From: Halomicronema hongdechloris C2206
Lineage (GTDB): Bacteria > Cyanobacteriota > Cyanobacteriia > Phormidesmidales > Phormidesmidaceae
Direction of reading: 5' to 3'
NCBI RefSeq assembly: GCF_002075285.3
Contig: NZ_CP021983.2
Coordinates: forward strand, 390,001 to 422,000
Length of the DNA: 32,000 bases
Below are positions 9,138 through 18,423 of the stretch, piece by piece (positions within the stretch are counted from its first letter, which is position 1; each line of letters begins with the position of its first letter). The notes beneath the pieces were generated by a model. That model was not told where the DNA came from, ran no database searches, and worked only from the letters and a program-made list of their open reading frames with translations. Made by a program: the position numbers and the translations under genes.

Positions 9138-10121
9138 ATGACCAAAATTACGGTAGACAACCTCAGCAAAGCCTATCCTGTGGCTGTCAAAGCAGCCGGG
9201 ATGGCAGGAACATTGCGGCACTTCTTCCAGCGCACCTACCGCCTGGTGGAGGCCGTTAAGCAGATCTCGTTTCAGGTGTACCCCGGTGAAGTGGTGGGGT
9301 TTTTAGGCCCCAATGGTGCTGGCAAGACGACGACCCTAAAAATGTTGACAGGGCTGATCCATCCCTCTAGCGGCCAGGTAAACGTGGCGGGCCATGTGCC
9401 TTTTCAGCGAGACGCGGCGTTTCTGCGCCAGATTACTCTGGTGATGGGGCAAAAACAGCAACTGTTGTGGGATTTACCCGCCCTCGATTCCTTGCGGATT
9501 AATGCTGCCATCTACGGCCTCAGTGCTAAAGAGTTTCACTACCGGGTGCATGAATTGGCGGAGATGCTCTCCCTGCGCGAGCAGCTGAACCAGCCGGTGC
9601 GCAAGCTTTCCCTGGGGGAGCGAATGAAAGCAGAGATGCTAGCCGCCCTGCTGCATCGGCCCCAAGTGTTGTTTTTGGATGAGCCTACCCTGGGTCTCGA
9701 TGTCAATGCCCAGGTAGCGGTACGCAACTTCTTGCTGGAGTACAATCGCCGCTACCAGGCCACGGTGCTGCTCACCAGTCACTACATGGCCGACATCACC
9801 GCCTTGTGTCGGCGGGTGTTGCTGATTCATCGGGGACAGCTGATTTATGACGGCAGCCTAGAGGGGTTACTGAGTCGGTTTGCCCCCTACCGGGAAGTCA
9901 AGCTGGATCTCGAGAGCCCGGTTGAGGCGGAGCATTTGCGAGCCTATGGCGAGGTGGAATCCCTCCAGGGGTGCACGGCTAGTTTGATCGTGCGGCGAGA
10001 GGCGTTGACCCAAACCGTGTCGCGGCTATTGGCCGATCTGGCGGTGCAGGATCTCAGGGTGACAGATCCGCCCATTGAAGAAGTGATTGGCCGGGTATTT
10101 CAGGCCGGGACGGTGGCCTAG
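9138..10121 (+). CDS. ABC transporter ATP-binding protein (COG4586-like)
   Basis: Walker A GPNGAGKTT, ABC signature LSLGERMK and Walker B LFLDEPTLGLD. Confidence 0.9.
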   Translation: MTKITVDNLSKAYPVAVKAAGMAGTLRHFFQRTYRLVEAVKQISFQVYPGEVVGFLGPNGAGKTTTLKMLTGLIHPSSGQVNVAGHVPFQRDAAFLRQITLVMGQKQQLLWDLPALDSLRINAAIYGLSAKEFHYRVHELAEMLSLREQLNQPVRKLSLGERMKAEMLAALLHRPQVLFLDEPTLGLDVNAQVAVRNFLLEYNRRYQATVLLTSHYMADITALCRRVLLIHRGQLIYDGSLEGLLSRFAPYREVKLDLESPVEAEHLRAYGEVESLQGCTASLIVRREALTQTVSRLLADLAVQDLRVTDPPIEEVIGRVFQAGTVA

Positions 10122-10179
10122 TGCACCAAGGCAGGGGCGATTAATGGTGACGTTGTGCGCGGGAGGTTGGCTGGATCTT

Positions 10180-11931
10180 CTACATGGAGTCACCTCGCTG
10201 CAAGCGAGCCGCTATCTCATAGGTCTGGGTTTGCGATCGCATGGTTGGGGCATGGGCGGCCAGATACCGGGCCGTCGCCACTAAGACATGAATGCCCGCT
10301 TCATGCCCCTGCCAGTGCTGGTACTGCTGTAGCGCCGCTTCCAGGTTTTGGATGGTGTGAAAATCCCGGTCTTCCCGCAGCAGCAAGTTGCCGAGCATTG
10401 CCAACAGTTGCGCCGGGTCGCCGCCGCTGTGGAGATAGGTGCCCACCAGCGTGCTGGCTGCCTGCACCTGTTGCTGACGATTGAGCAAGTCGGGCAGATC
10501 GGCGAGTAAGGCCGCAGGCTCTTCAACCCGGTTGTCTAGATCGGGCAGTCGAGCCGGGGGCATATTCAAGAAGCGATTCAGATAGACCGCCATGGCGGCA
10601 TCGAACACACCCCGCAGCAGCTCCAGGGACGACACCCGCGTCAGCCCCTGATGGACGGCATTGGCAAAGGTAAAGGCATGATGGGCCGTATCCCAATCGC
10701 GGAAGTCATTATTGGTTTGGAACTGGGCAATGCGCCGGGCAGCGGCATAGGCCACCATCCCGGCTAGATCCGCCGGGGAGCAGCCCTGGCCGAGGGTCGC
10801 GAGTAAGGTCGTTGCGATCGCCTGGGGGTCATCCCCCAGCAAGACCGAAACGAGGGAGTCAACGGCATCGTGGATACTAAACTGCTGGGCTTGCCCGGTT
10901 GCGATCGCCTCCGGTAGGGCCTCAAACGTCTGCTCCAGAATGTCTACTAGATCAATCGGGTAGCGCCAGGCATTCGACTCTTCCATGCGCTCGGCACCGG
11001 CATATTCTGAAACCAGGCTGGTCAGCACCTGCTCGGCGTTCTGCCAGTGGACACTATCTAGGGCCTCCAAGGCTTTGTTGGTAAAGTCCAGGGCATGGCC
11101 ACCGTCGATAAAGCGGTGATCGGTGGCGGCCGCAAATAGCATGTCTGCCAGCTGGGGAGGCTCGGCCCCCACCTGCACAGCCGAGGCCAGACAGCGCTCC
11201 GCCCCCTGGGCATCCCGCACCTCAATAAACTGACGGAACCACTGTTTCAGGGTCTGGAAACTGGCCGGCGTATTAGGCAGCGGCTGAATCGTAAATCGAG
11301 GAGGCTTGCCAGCACAGTCCCGCGCCACGGCGGAGAGGCCATGGTACAGCGCCCTGGGCCGATCGCTTGCCTGTAGATGGGGTAGCAACTGCATCATACA
11401 GGTGTGCATGGTCAGCCCTGCCCCCCACCCCTGGCGGCGATAGCGCACGCCAAAGTCCAGCCCGGTCTGAAACGGTTCGGTCGGGTCTACCCCTGCCGCT
11501 AGCTGAGCAATAACCGACTTGGCGATCACCAGGGAAAGGCTCTGCTCTAGCCCATCTACCAGGCGCTGCCGGTGGTAGGCATGGGCATCTGCCGGGGGCG
11601 TGACATCCACCCAGACCACGCCATCTCGCACTTCGACAGGAAAGGCCTGCCCATCGTCGGCCCAGATATCGAAGGTGCCGCCACTAGTGAGGTCGAACCG
11701 GGCATGGTGCCAGTGACAGGTCAAAATGCAGTCTTTAACGCTGCCTTTGTGCAGGGGAAAGCCCATGTGGGGGCAGCGATTGTCGATGGCGTAAATCTGG
11801 CCGTTGTGGTGAAACAGGGCAATGGCATGGCCTTCGGCATGGACGACTTTAACGCCTGCCGCCTCGATTTCTGCAACTTGCGCCACCTGAACCAGGTGTT
11901 TTTGTTGGGTGGGAGTTTGACTGATAACCAT
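10180..11931 (-). CDS. Rieske (2Fe-2S) domain protein with a large uncharacterised C-terminal domain
   Basis: CPHMGFPL...CHWHHARF gives the CxH...CxxH Rieske ligands within the first ~100 aa. GGAGG lies 5 nt upstream of ATG 11931. The remaining ~480 aa are helical-looking with no motif I recognise. Confidence 0.8.
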   Translation of the reverse strand: MVISQTPTQQKHLVQVAQVAEIEAAGVKVVHAEGHAIALFHHNGQIYAIDNRCPHMGFPLHKGSVKDCILTCHWHHARFDLTSGGTFDIWADDGQAFPVEVRDGVVWVDVTPPADAHAYHRQRLVDGLEQSLSLVIAKSVIAQLAAGVDPTEPFQTGLDFGVRYRRQGWGAGLTMHTCMMQLLPHLQASDRPRALYHGLSAVARDCAGKPPRFTIQPLPNTPASFQTLKQWFRQFIEVRDAQGAERCLASAVQVGAEPPQLADMLFAAATDHRFIDGGHALDFTNKALEALDSVHWQNAEQVLTSLVSEYAGAERMEESNAWRYPIDLVDILEQTFEALPEAIATGQAQQFSIHDAVDSLVSVLLGDDPQAIATTLLATLGQGCSPADLAGMVAYAAARRIAQFQTNNDFRDWDTAHHAFTFANAVHQGLTRVSSLELLRGVFDAAMAVYLNRFLNMPPARLPDLDNRVEEPAALLADLPDLLNRQQQVQAASTLVGTYLHSGGDPAQLLAMLGNLLLREDRDFHTIQNLEAALQQYQHWQGHEAGIHVLVATARYLAAHAPTMRSQTQTYEIAARLQRGDSM

Positions 11932-12032
11932 GTTGGCCTCCAGTTAGGGACAGCATGAGGTACGGCATTGGGCTGCTCGCCTGCTGTCGTAATAGGCTTA
12001 GTACTCCGCGGCAGAAATAACGCCTCCATTGA

Positions 12033-12134
12033 CTAGAGCGGCAAGGCTGCTACGACCGCCCCACGGCTCCCTTTAGTCAGACCGTACTCCTGGATGTCAT
12101 GGGTTGGGATAACGACGTCGAGCTCTTTAATCAT
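12033..12134 (-). pseudogene. Possible truncated DUF4926-like ORF (33 aa)
   Basis: MIKELDVVIPTHDIQEYGLTKGSRGAVV resembles the N-terminus of DUF4926 proteins (normally ~70 aa) as I remember them. It stops prematurely at 12035-12033. Confidence 0.3.
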
Positions 12135-12154
12135 AGGTTAGTGATCCTTGGCCT

Positions 12155-12570
12155 TTAACTGCCTGTATAAGGACGGGCGGTAATGATACGGGGTTCTATC
12201 TTGGCTCCTGCCCGAAGATCGATTAAAAGTCCGGCCAATAAGCCCCCAAGCGTGGTGCGAAGACCACCTGCAGGCACGTTGCTGCCAAGAATTTTGGTTG
12301 GCCCCATGATTAGACCCAATGGGATAACACCAATTTCAGTATAGAGAATGTCAGGATCGGCTCTTCCCCATCTATCCAGGGACGGATTCGCGTTTTCGTT
12401 ACCGTTGTTAACATGCCTTCGGAACAGGGGGCATGGCCATCGCTGCGATGCGTTGGCAGTTTTACGCTGAGCAGATCACCTGAGGCTAGATCAATGACTG
12501 GATTGGTCATGGCTTCAACTACTTGGCCCGGGCAATGGTTCGGGGGCTGCTCAGCCTTTGTTGTCATCAA
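12155..12570 (-). pseudogene. Two overlapping open frames of unknown family, possibly one frameshifted or decayed gene
   Basis: The 86-aa ORF (12310-12570) overlaps a -1 frame that stays open from about 12475 to 12155. That frame reads protein-like (DPDILYTEIGVIPLGLIMGPTKILGSNVPAGGLRTTLGGLLAGLLIDL) but has no upstream ATG. Confidence 0.3.
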
Positions 12571-12593
12571 TCCTTAGGAGGCTCATAAGTTTA

Positions 12594-13709
12594 ATGTGGC
12601 AAGAGGTTTGGAATTATGGCCTATGGGGCAATCAAGTCAGTGACTATGCCCTTGCGATCGCAATTTTGCTCATCGGCGTCATCGCCATCAATATCGTGCG
12701 GATCGTGGTGATCAATCGGCTCAAGAATTGGGCCCAGCGCACCGCCACCCCCCTGGACGATCGTCTCTTACACCTACTAGAGCGCCCTGCCGTGCGGTTA
12801 GGGTACCTGGGTACGTTTTACGTCGCCATCAGCAATCTAGAGCTGCACCGGATTCTGCAACAGAGTATTCGCGTGGTGTGCGTGATTGTCGCCACCATAC
12901 TCGTCATCTGCTTGCTGGGCTCCCTGGTGGAATATGCCGTGCGTCTCTATCTAGTTGCCCGGCGCTCCGATGCCACCCTGGAGCAGACTGTCAATGCCAT
13001 TGTCCCGGCCATCAAGATAGTGCTGTGGGCCGTAGGCTTGGTCTTCCTGTTAGATAACCTAGGCTTCGATATCTCCGCGGTTGTGGCTGGCCTAGGCATT
13101 GGGGGTATCGCCGTGGCTCTGGCAGCCCAGGGACTGCTGCAAGACTTATTCAGCTACTTCTCCATCCTCATCGACCGCCCCTTCGAAATCGGCGACTTCG
13201 TCGTCATTGGTAATCTGGTGGGCACCGTCGAGCACATTGGCATCAAAACCACTCGCCTGCGCAGCCTCAGTGGCGAGCAACTGGTGGCAGCCAACACCGA
13301 CCTGACCTCGTCTCGAATTCAGAATTACAAGCGCATGGAGCGTCGCCGCATCGCCTTTGCCCTCGGCGTCACCTATGAAACGCCTACCGCGAAACTAGAG
13401 GCCCTGCCTGAGATGATTCAGCAGGTGATCGACAACACGGCCAACGTCAGCTTCGATCGGGCCCACTTCCTCTCCTACGGTGACTTCAGCCTCAACTATG
13501 AAGTCGTCTACTACGTCGAGACCAGTGACTACGCCATCTACATGGATGCCCAGCAGGCGATCAACCTGGAATTAAAGCGCCGCTTCGAAGCCCAGGGCAT
13601 TGACTTTGCCTTCCCGACTCAAGTGCTCTACACCTGGCACCAAAACCCGGCGGTGTCCACCAACGGCAAGACGGCTGCCGCGGGGGAGTTGGCTGACGTC
13701 AATCCCTAG
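12594..13709 (+). CDS. Mechanosensitive ion channel family protein (MscS-like)
   Basis: N-terminal TM helices and the MscS core LLQDLFSYFSILIDRPFEIGDFVVIGNLVGTVEHIGIKTTRLRS. AGGAGG at 12576-12581 precedes ATG 12594, which I prefer over the TTG at 12558. Confidence 0.9.
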   Translation: MWQEVWNYGLWGNQVSDYALAIAILLIGVIAINIVRIVVINRLKNWAQRTATPLDDRLLHLLERPAVRLGYLGTFYVAISNLELHRILQQSIRVVCVIVATILVICLLGSLVEYAVRLYLVARRSDATLEQTVNAIVPAIKIVLWAVGLVFLLDNLGFDISAVVAGLGIGGIAVALAAQGLLQDLFSYFSILIDRPFEIGDFVVIGNLVGTVEHIGIKTTRLRSLSGEQLVAANTDLTSSRIQNYKRMERRRIAFALGVTYETPTAKLEALPEMIQQVIDNTANVSFDRAHFLSYGDFSLNYEVVYYVETSDYAIYMDAQQAINLELKRRFEAQGIDFAFPTQVLYTWHQNPAVSTNGKTAAAGELADVNP

Positions 13710-13856
13710 TCAGGAGTCTCAAGGCACAGCCCGTTTGCTGTAAAGACGACCCACAGTCAGCCTGGCCCAGTCGAGGTCAGGCTGTATGGGTCGATGAGCT
13801 TTTCTGCAGCCGGGTCACGGCGTAGACTGGCAAGAAACTGTCCCATACAAATCGCC

Positions 13857-15643
13857 ATGGCACCTTGGAATCGACTGCGCTGGAGTCTGCCGCTGGGGGC
13901 AACCGGAGCCCTGGTAATGACGATGCCTGGCTATGCCAACGCGCCCCTCTCGCTGGTGTATCCTCCTGACCAGCACCAAACCGTGGCCCGACCGCATCTT
14001 TTTCATTGGCACTGCCGCCCCCGATCAGCCGGTACGCCTGAATGGGCAGGTGATCGAAGACCGCAGCGCTGCCGGCCACTTTGCCCCAGCCTGCCCCTAG
14101 AGCTGGGAGAGAACAGGTTCACCCTCAGCCAAGGCGATGACACCCTCACCCTGACGGTGACCCGCCTACCCCAGGGGGCGACTCCACCCGAGGGCATCGC
14201 CTTCGTAGAGGGCTCGCTGCAACCGACGGTGGATACGGCCTACCAACCCGGGGAAACGGTGTGCCTGGGTGCCCTGGCCCCTGCCGAGGCTGAAGTCTCG
14301 GTTGAGTTGGGCCAGCGACGCTTCCCCCTGGCTCCCCAGACTCCCATCGAACTGCCCCCCAACTATGCCGCCCTCACTGACGAGGGGGAGCCCTATGTGG
14401 CGGCACCGGTGTCTTACCAGGGCTGCTTCATCGCCGACCAACCGGGGAACTTGGGGGCTCCCACCTATCGCCTCAGTCTCCGGGGCACCACCCTGACCCA
14501 GACGGCCCCAGGCGCCCTCTCCATCTTGGCCCCAGACCAGTTTGACGTTGCCGAGGTCACCGCTGACTCGGGCACGGCCCGCACCGGCCCCAGCACCAGT
14601 CACTCTCGCCTCACCCCCCTGCCCCAGGGCACCCGCGCCCAGGTGACGGGGCGCCAGGGCGACTGGCTGCGGCTAGACTACGGCGGCTGGATCCATGGCT
14701 CCCCAGACCCAGGTGACTAGAAATACGGTGCCGCCCCACTCCATCATTCGCAGCATCACCGCCCGTCAGGGTGCCGGGCTGGACCGAGGTGCGCTTTCCC
14801 CTGCAGGTGCCGGTGCCCATCCAGGGTAGAGCAAAAACCGCCGAGCGCCTGACCCTGACCCTGCACAACACCGTGGCCCAAACCGATACCATTTTCTTCT
14901 CAGAGGATCCAGTGGTGCAGCGGCTAGACTGGCGGCCCCTCCTGCCTGATCAGGCCCAATATACCTTTCACATGACGTCCCATCAGCAGTGGGGCTATCG
15001 CCTCCGCTACCAGGGCACGACCCTGGTGCTGTCCCTGCGCCATCCGCCGGTGCTGGGAAATGGGGCGCCTCTGCAGGGAGCCACGATTCTATTGGACCCC
15101 GGTCACGGTGGCGAGGAACTGGGGGCACGGGGACCCACTGGCTATCCCGAGAAGGCGGTGAATCTAGCCGTCTCTCAGCGGCTGCAAGGGGAACTGGAGG
15201 CCCGTGGCGCCCGGGTAATGCTCACCCGGCAGGAGGATAGGGCTGTCTCCCTGCGCGATCGCATGGATCAGATTGTCGCCGCCGCCCCCACTCTGGCCCT
15301 CAGCATCCACTACAACGCCCTGCCCGACAGCGGCGACGCCCTCAACACCGCCGGGGTGGGGGCCTTCTGGTACCATGCCCAAGCCCACGATTTGGCAATG
15401 TTTCTGCACAACTACCTCACCACTGAGCTAGACCGACCAGCCTACGGTGTCTTTTGGAACAATCTAGCCCTGACTCGCCCCACCGTGGCCCCGACCGTCT
15501 TGCTAGAGCTAGGGTTCATGATCAATCCCGATGAGTTCGAATGGATCACCGATCCTGCGGCCCAGCGAACCCTGGCTGCCACCCTGGCCGATGGCATCGC
15601 TGTCTGGTTGAGACAACGCACCGCCCCAGGCCGCACGGAGTAA
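13857..15643 (+). pseudogene. N-acetylmuramoyl-L-alanine amidase (Amidase_3, AmiC-like) interrupted by apparent frameshifts
   Basis: The C-terminal ORF carries an Amidase_3 core (ILLDPGHGGEELGARG...ALSIHYNAL). The N-terminal ORF has a signal-peptide-like start (MAPWNRLRWSLPLGATGALVMTMPGYANA). Four single-base frame changes at C/G runs (~13986-13989, ~14084-14087, ~14701-14704, ~14769-14771) are needed to read one continuous protein. Confidence 0.7.
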
Positions 15644-15647
15644 TTCC

Positions 15648-16319
15648 ATGCCCTCTCTCCCCCGCTTTCAAAACCCGGCCCTCTGGCAACAGGCCATGAC
15701 CCATTCCTCCTATGCCAACGAATCTCCCGACAGTGGAGCCAATAACGAACGGCTAGAGTTCCTGGGGGATGCGATTTTGACCTTTCTCAGTGGGGAATTC
15801 TTGTTCCAGCGTTACCCCAACTGGAGCGAGGGGGAACTGACGCCGCTGCGGGCAGCACTAGTGGATCAGCAACAGTTGGGGCAGTTTGCCCAGCAATTAA
15901 ACCTGGGTCAACAGCTGCGCCTCAGTCGGGGAGTCGAGGGTAGCGGTGGACGCACCAATCCCCGCTTACTCAGTAGTGCCTTCGAGGCGTTGATTGGCGC
16001 CTACTTTCTCGATAGCGGTGCTGATATGGCCCAGGTGCGTCAATATGTGGTGCCTTTCTTCGAGTCGGTGATCGCCGAGCGGGTGGCCTCGGTGCAGCAG
16101 CTGAACCCCAAGAGTCGACTGCAGGAATGGGCCCTGAGTCATCTAGGTGAAATCCCCCGATACACCATTGTGGCAGCCTCCGGGCCTGATCATGCCAAAC
16201 AGTTCGTGGCAGAAGTGAGACTGCAAGGCACTCCCTATGGGCGGGGCAGTGGCCATCGCAAACAAGAGGCCGAAAAGGAAGCGGCTCGTCAGGCCTTAAA
16301 GCGGCTGCAACATCCTTGA
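15648..16319 (+). CDS. rnc: Ribonuclease III
   Basis: RNase III signature ERLEFLGDAIL and a C-terminal dsRBD-like segment (KSRLQEWA...GSGHRKQEAEKEAARQAL). Confidence 0.9.
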   Translation: MPSLPRFQNPALWQQAMTHSSYANESPDSGANNERLEFLGDAILTFLSGEFLFQRYPNWSEGELTPLRAALVDQQQLGQFAQQLNLGQQLRLSRGVEGSGGRTNPRLLSSAFEALIGAYFLDSGADMAQVRQYVVPFFESVIAERVASVQQLNPKSRLQEWALSHLGEIPRYTIVAASGPDHAKQFVAEVRLQGTPYGRGSGHRKQEAEKEAARQALKRLQHP

Positions 16320-16385
16320 CGGAGTCTACTCATCCCCAGGCCAGCGACGATAAGGGAACATGTCACCTTAGCCTCAAGGGGGCCC

Positions 16386-16673
16386 TCATCTTGGGTTTGT
16401 ATAAACTCGAGCCCCAGGTTTATAAATGCTGCAATTGGTTAGCCCCACAACCCGCAGGCTGTGCAGCATCCCATAGAGACTAATCACCTGAGATATGAGC
16501 GTATTTTGTCGTGCATGTCCTGCCCCTAACGGAGCCATCTCGATCCTCATGTAGCCGTTGTCAAAATAACCGCGCCCCTTCTCGTACTGAGGATCGTCCA
16601 TGGCCGCAGCAAACTCGCCCCAGGTGGCTTTTATCCAGGTATCAGTTTGAATCTGAGAGGTTGATAGGGGCAT
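16386..16673 (-). pseudogene. N-terminal fragment of a Uma2 (DUF820) family endonuclease
   Basis: It is collinear with the first ~85 aa of the intact paralogue at 17763 (TDTWIKATWGEF...GYMRIEMAPLG vs TDTWIPATWEAF...GWMRLEMAALG). It diverges and stops before the PD-(D/E)xK core. Confidence 0.7.
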
Positions 16674-16832
16674 AGCTTGATGCTTGCGATCGCAGCCTTG
16701 GAACCTGCTTCTAGTTTAGTGCTCGGCCTGAGAGGACATTTGGAAACTCGGCTGAAAGGCTTGTAAAAGACGGAACACTGGCGAAGAAGCAGGGGTGATT
16801 GGCGACCTAGCAATGGCACACTGAACTACTAG

Positions 16833-17000
16833 TCGGATATCACCTTGGTTCATTGGGAAAAATTTGAGGACTCTTGGCGAGCCTATGATGGGCTACGGGA
16901 GATCGAGCCGGAAATGCGCATCAATCTGCTGCGGGTAGATCAGAACTGGCTCACTGCCGATCAGCTTTGGCAGATTGAGCATCATCTGGTGGCCGTGTGA
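16833..17000 (+). pseudogene. 3' remnant of a paralogue of the 465-aa gene at 18424-19821
   Basis: ITLVHWEKFEDSWRAYDGLREIEPEMRINLLRVDQNWLTADQLWQIEHHLVAV* aligns with the last 53 aa of the 465-aa protein (ITLVYWEKLENSWQAYEVLRDIDPDRHIVDLRQVDERWLTADQLWQIDRYLVEL*). An in-frame TAG sits just upstream. Confidence 0.75.
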
Positions 17001-17068
17001 GGATTCATCAACGCCAAATGAGAATTACAAGAAGCTATAATCTGAGGCAACAGCATTGAATTAACCCC

Positions 17069-17431
17069 ATGGCTACAGTAGCAATTTTGCCCATCTCTGA
17101 TTCCAGTGGTGAAAGAGCCTATCGAGCTATTTCAGGAGATAAGCATTCCACTGGTAAAACGGTTGGGCAAGCCCTTGATGCCCTGACGGCTCAGTTGGGT
17201 GAGGTTGAATTTAGGGCTTTGCTTTTGATTCAGAGCTGTCGACCCGATCCATTTTTCAGTGCGGAGCAACAAGGTCGTTTATCTGAACTGATGGATGTAT
17301 GGCGTGCAGCCAGAGATCAGGGGCAGGAATTACCAATAGAACAGCAAGACGAACTAAATGCCCTGGTGGAAGCGGAACTACGAGCCGCTACAGCTCGTAC
17401 TGCTGCCTTGATACAACAAGGGAATCTATGA
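17069..17431 (+). CDS. Hypothetical protein translationally coupled to the HNH gene
   Basis: 120-aa ORF whose stop overlaps the next start as ATGA at 17428-17431. No catalytic motif recognised. Confidence 0.6.
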   Translation: MATVAILPISDSSGERAYRAISGDKHSTGKTVGQALDALTAQLGEVEFRALLLIQSCRPDPFFSAEQQGRLSELMDVWRAARDQGQELPIEQQDELNALVEAELRAATARTAALIQQGNL

Positions 17432-17709
17432 ATCCCTTGTACGCGGCTGTTGCAGAGCGAGCAAACCACCGTTGTGAGTATTGTCAGGCCCCAGAGGTTG
17501 TTTTTAGCTTTCCCTTTGAGGTTGAGCACAGTGTTCCACTGGCTCGACAAGGACCACATGACAAAACCAATTTGGCTCTGGCTTACCGCTCCTGCAATCT
17601 CCGCAAAGGCTTGCGGATCAGTGGCACGACCTCTGGTGGCAGGGTACTTTCCAAATATCCTCCCCACTACCCCACTACCCTACCCTCCGGGAAGCCGCTC
17701 CGCGTCTAG
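17428..17709 (+). CDS. Small HNH endonuclease-like protein, probably degenerate and C-terminally replaced
   Basis: CEYC...EVEH...NLALAYRSCNLRKG is an HNH/Zn-finger pattern, but the position that is usually Cys (LALAC) is Tyr. The last ~20 codons and the stop lie inside dispersed repeat copy A. Confidence 0.6.
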   Translation: MNPLYAAVAERANHRCEYCQAPEVVFSFPFEVEHSVPLARQGPHDKTNLALAYRSCNLRKGLRISGTTSGGRVLSKYPPHYPTTLPSGKPLRV

Positions 17710-17733
17710 CACCCTACCCTCCTAAAAGCCGCT
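17659..17733 (+). repeat. Dispersed repeat, copy A
   Basis: Core gggaagccgctccgcgtctagcacc at 17689-17713, flanked by ccac/ccct-rich arms (accctaccctcc occurs twice). Confidence 0.85.
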
Positions 17734-17762
17734 AGCATAGTGACAACGATGGGGGTGACAGC

Positions 17763-18413
17763 ATGGTTGATACTGCATCACGTCCACAAGGTATTGAAAC
17801 CGACACCTGGATACCCGCGACCTGGGAAGCATTTGTGACGCTGTCCAATCGGCCCGGTTTTGATAAAGCTCGGGGCTACTACGACAAGGGGTGGATGCGG
17901 CTTGAGATGGCAGCACTAGGGCCTTGGCATGGGCGGGATAATGCCGTGGTGTTGAAGGTTATTGGTTTGTTTGCTGGGCTGACCAATATCCGAGCCGTCG
18001 AACTCATCAATACTAGTTTTCACAAATCCGGAGAGCGGGAAGCTCAGCCCGATATTGCCTTCTATTTGGGGGAAAGCTTTCAACTGCTACCGAGAACCAA
18101 TCAACCAGTCGATGTTGAAGTCTATGGTGCTCCTCAGCTTGCGGTAGAAATTGCCTCGACCACCTTAGGGGATGATTTAGGCCGAAAACGGTTGCTGTAT
18201 GAGCGGCTGGGAGTGCAGGAGTATTGGGTCGTCAATGTAGCGATGTCGGAGGTTGTCACCTTCGCTGTCGAAAATGGTGGCAGTCGAGAGATTCGAGAGT
18301 CTCAGGTGTTGCCAGGGCTAGCATTGTCGACTGTGGAGGAGGCCATGCAGCGCAGTCAGACTGAGGATGATGGGGCGCTGACTCGGTGGTTAATCCAAAC
18401 GTTTCAAGGGTAG
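17763..18413 (+). CDS. Uma2 (DUF820) family endonuclease
   Basis: 216 aa. The pattern PDIAFYLG...LAVEIASTT...KRLLYERLGVQEYWVVN matches the PD-(D/E)xK Uma2 layout. Confidence 0.8.
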   Translation: MVDTASRPQGIETDTWIPATWEAFVTLSNRPGFDKARGYYDKGWMRLEMAALGPWHGRDNAVVLKVIGLFAGLTNIRAVELINTSFHKSGEREAQPDIAFYLGESFQLLPRTNQPVDVEVYGAPQLAVEIASTTLGDDLGRKRLLYERLGVQEYWVVNVAMSEVVTFAVENGGSREIRESQVLPGLALSTVEEAMQRSQTEDDGALTRWLIQTFQG

Positions 18414-18423
18414 CGATCGCCCT

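Noticed and set aside
14003-15636. Antisense and alternate-frame ORFs across the amidase locus (for example 14166-14603 -, 14766-15128 -, 14989-15240 +)
   Set aside because: These are G/R/P/A-rich shadow ORFs. The sense frames carry amidase-like sequence.
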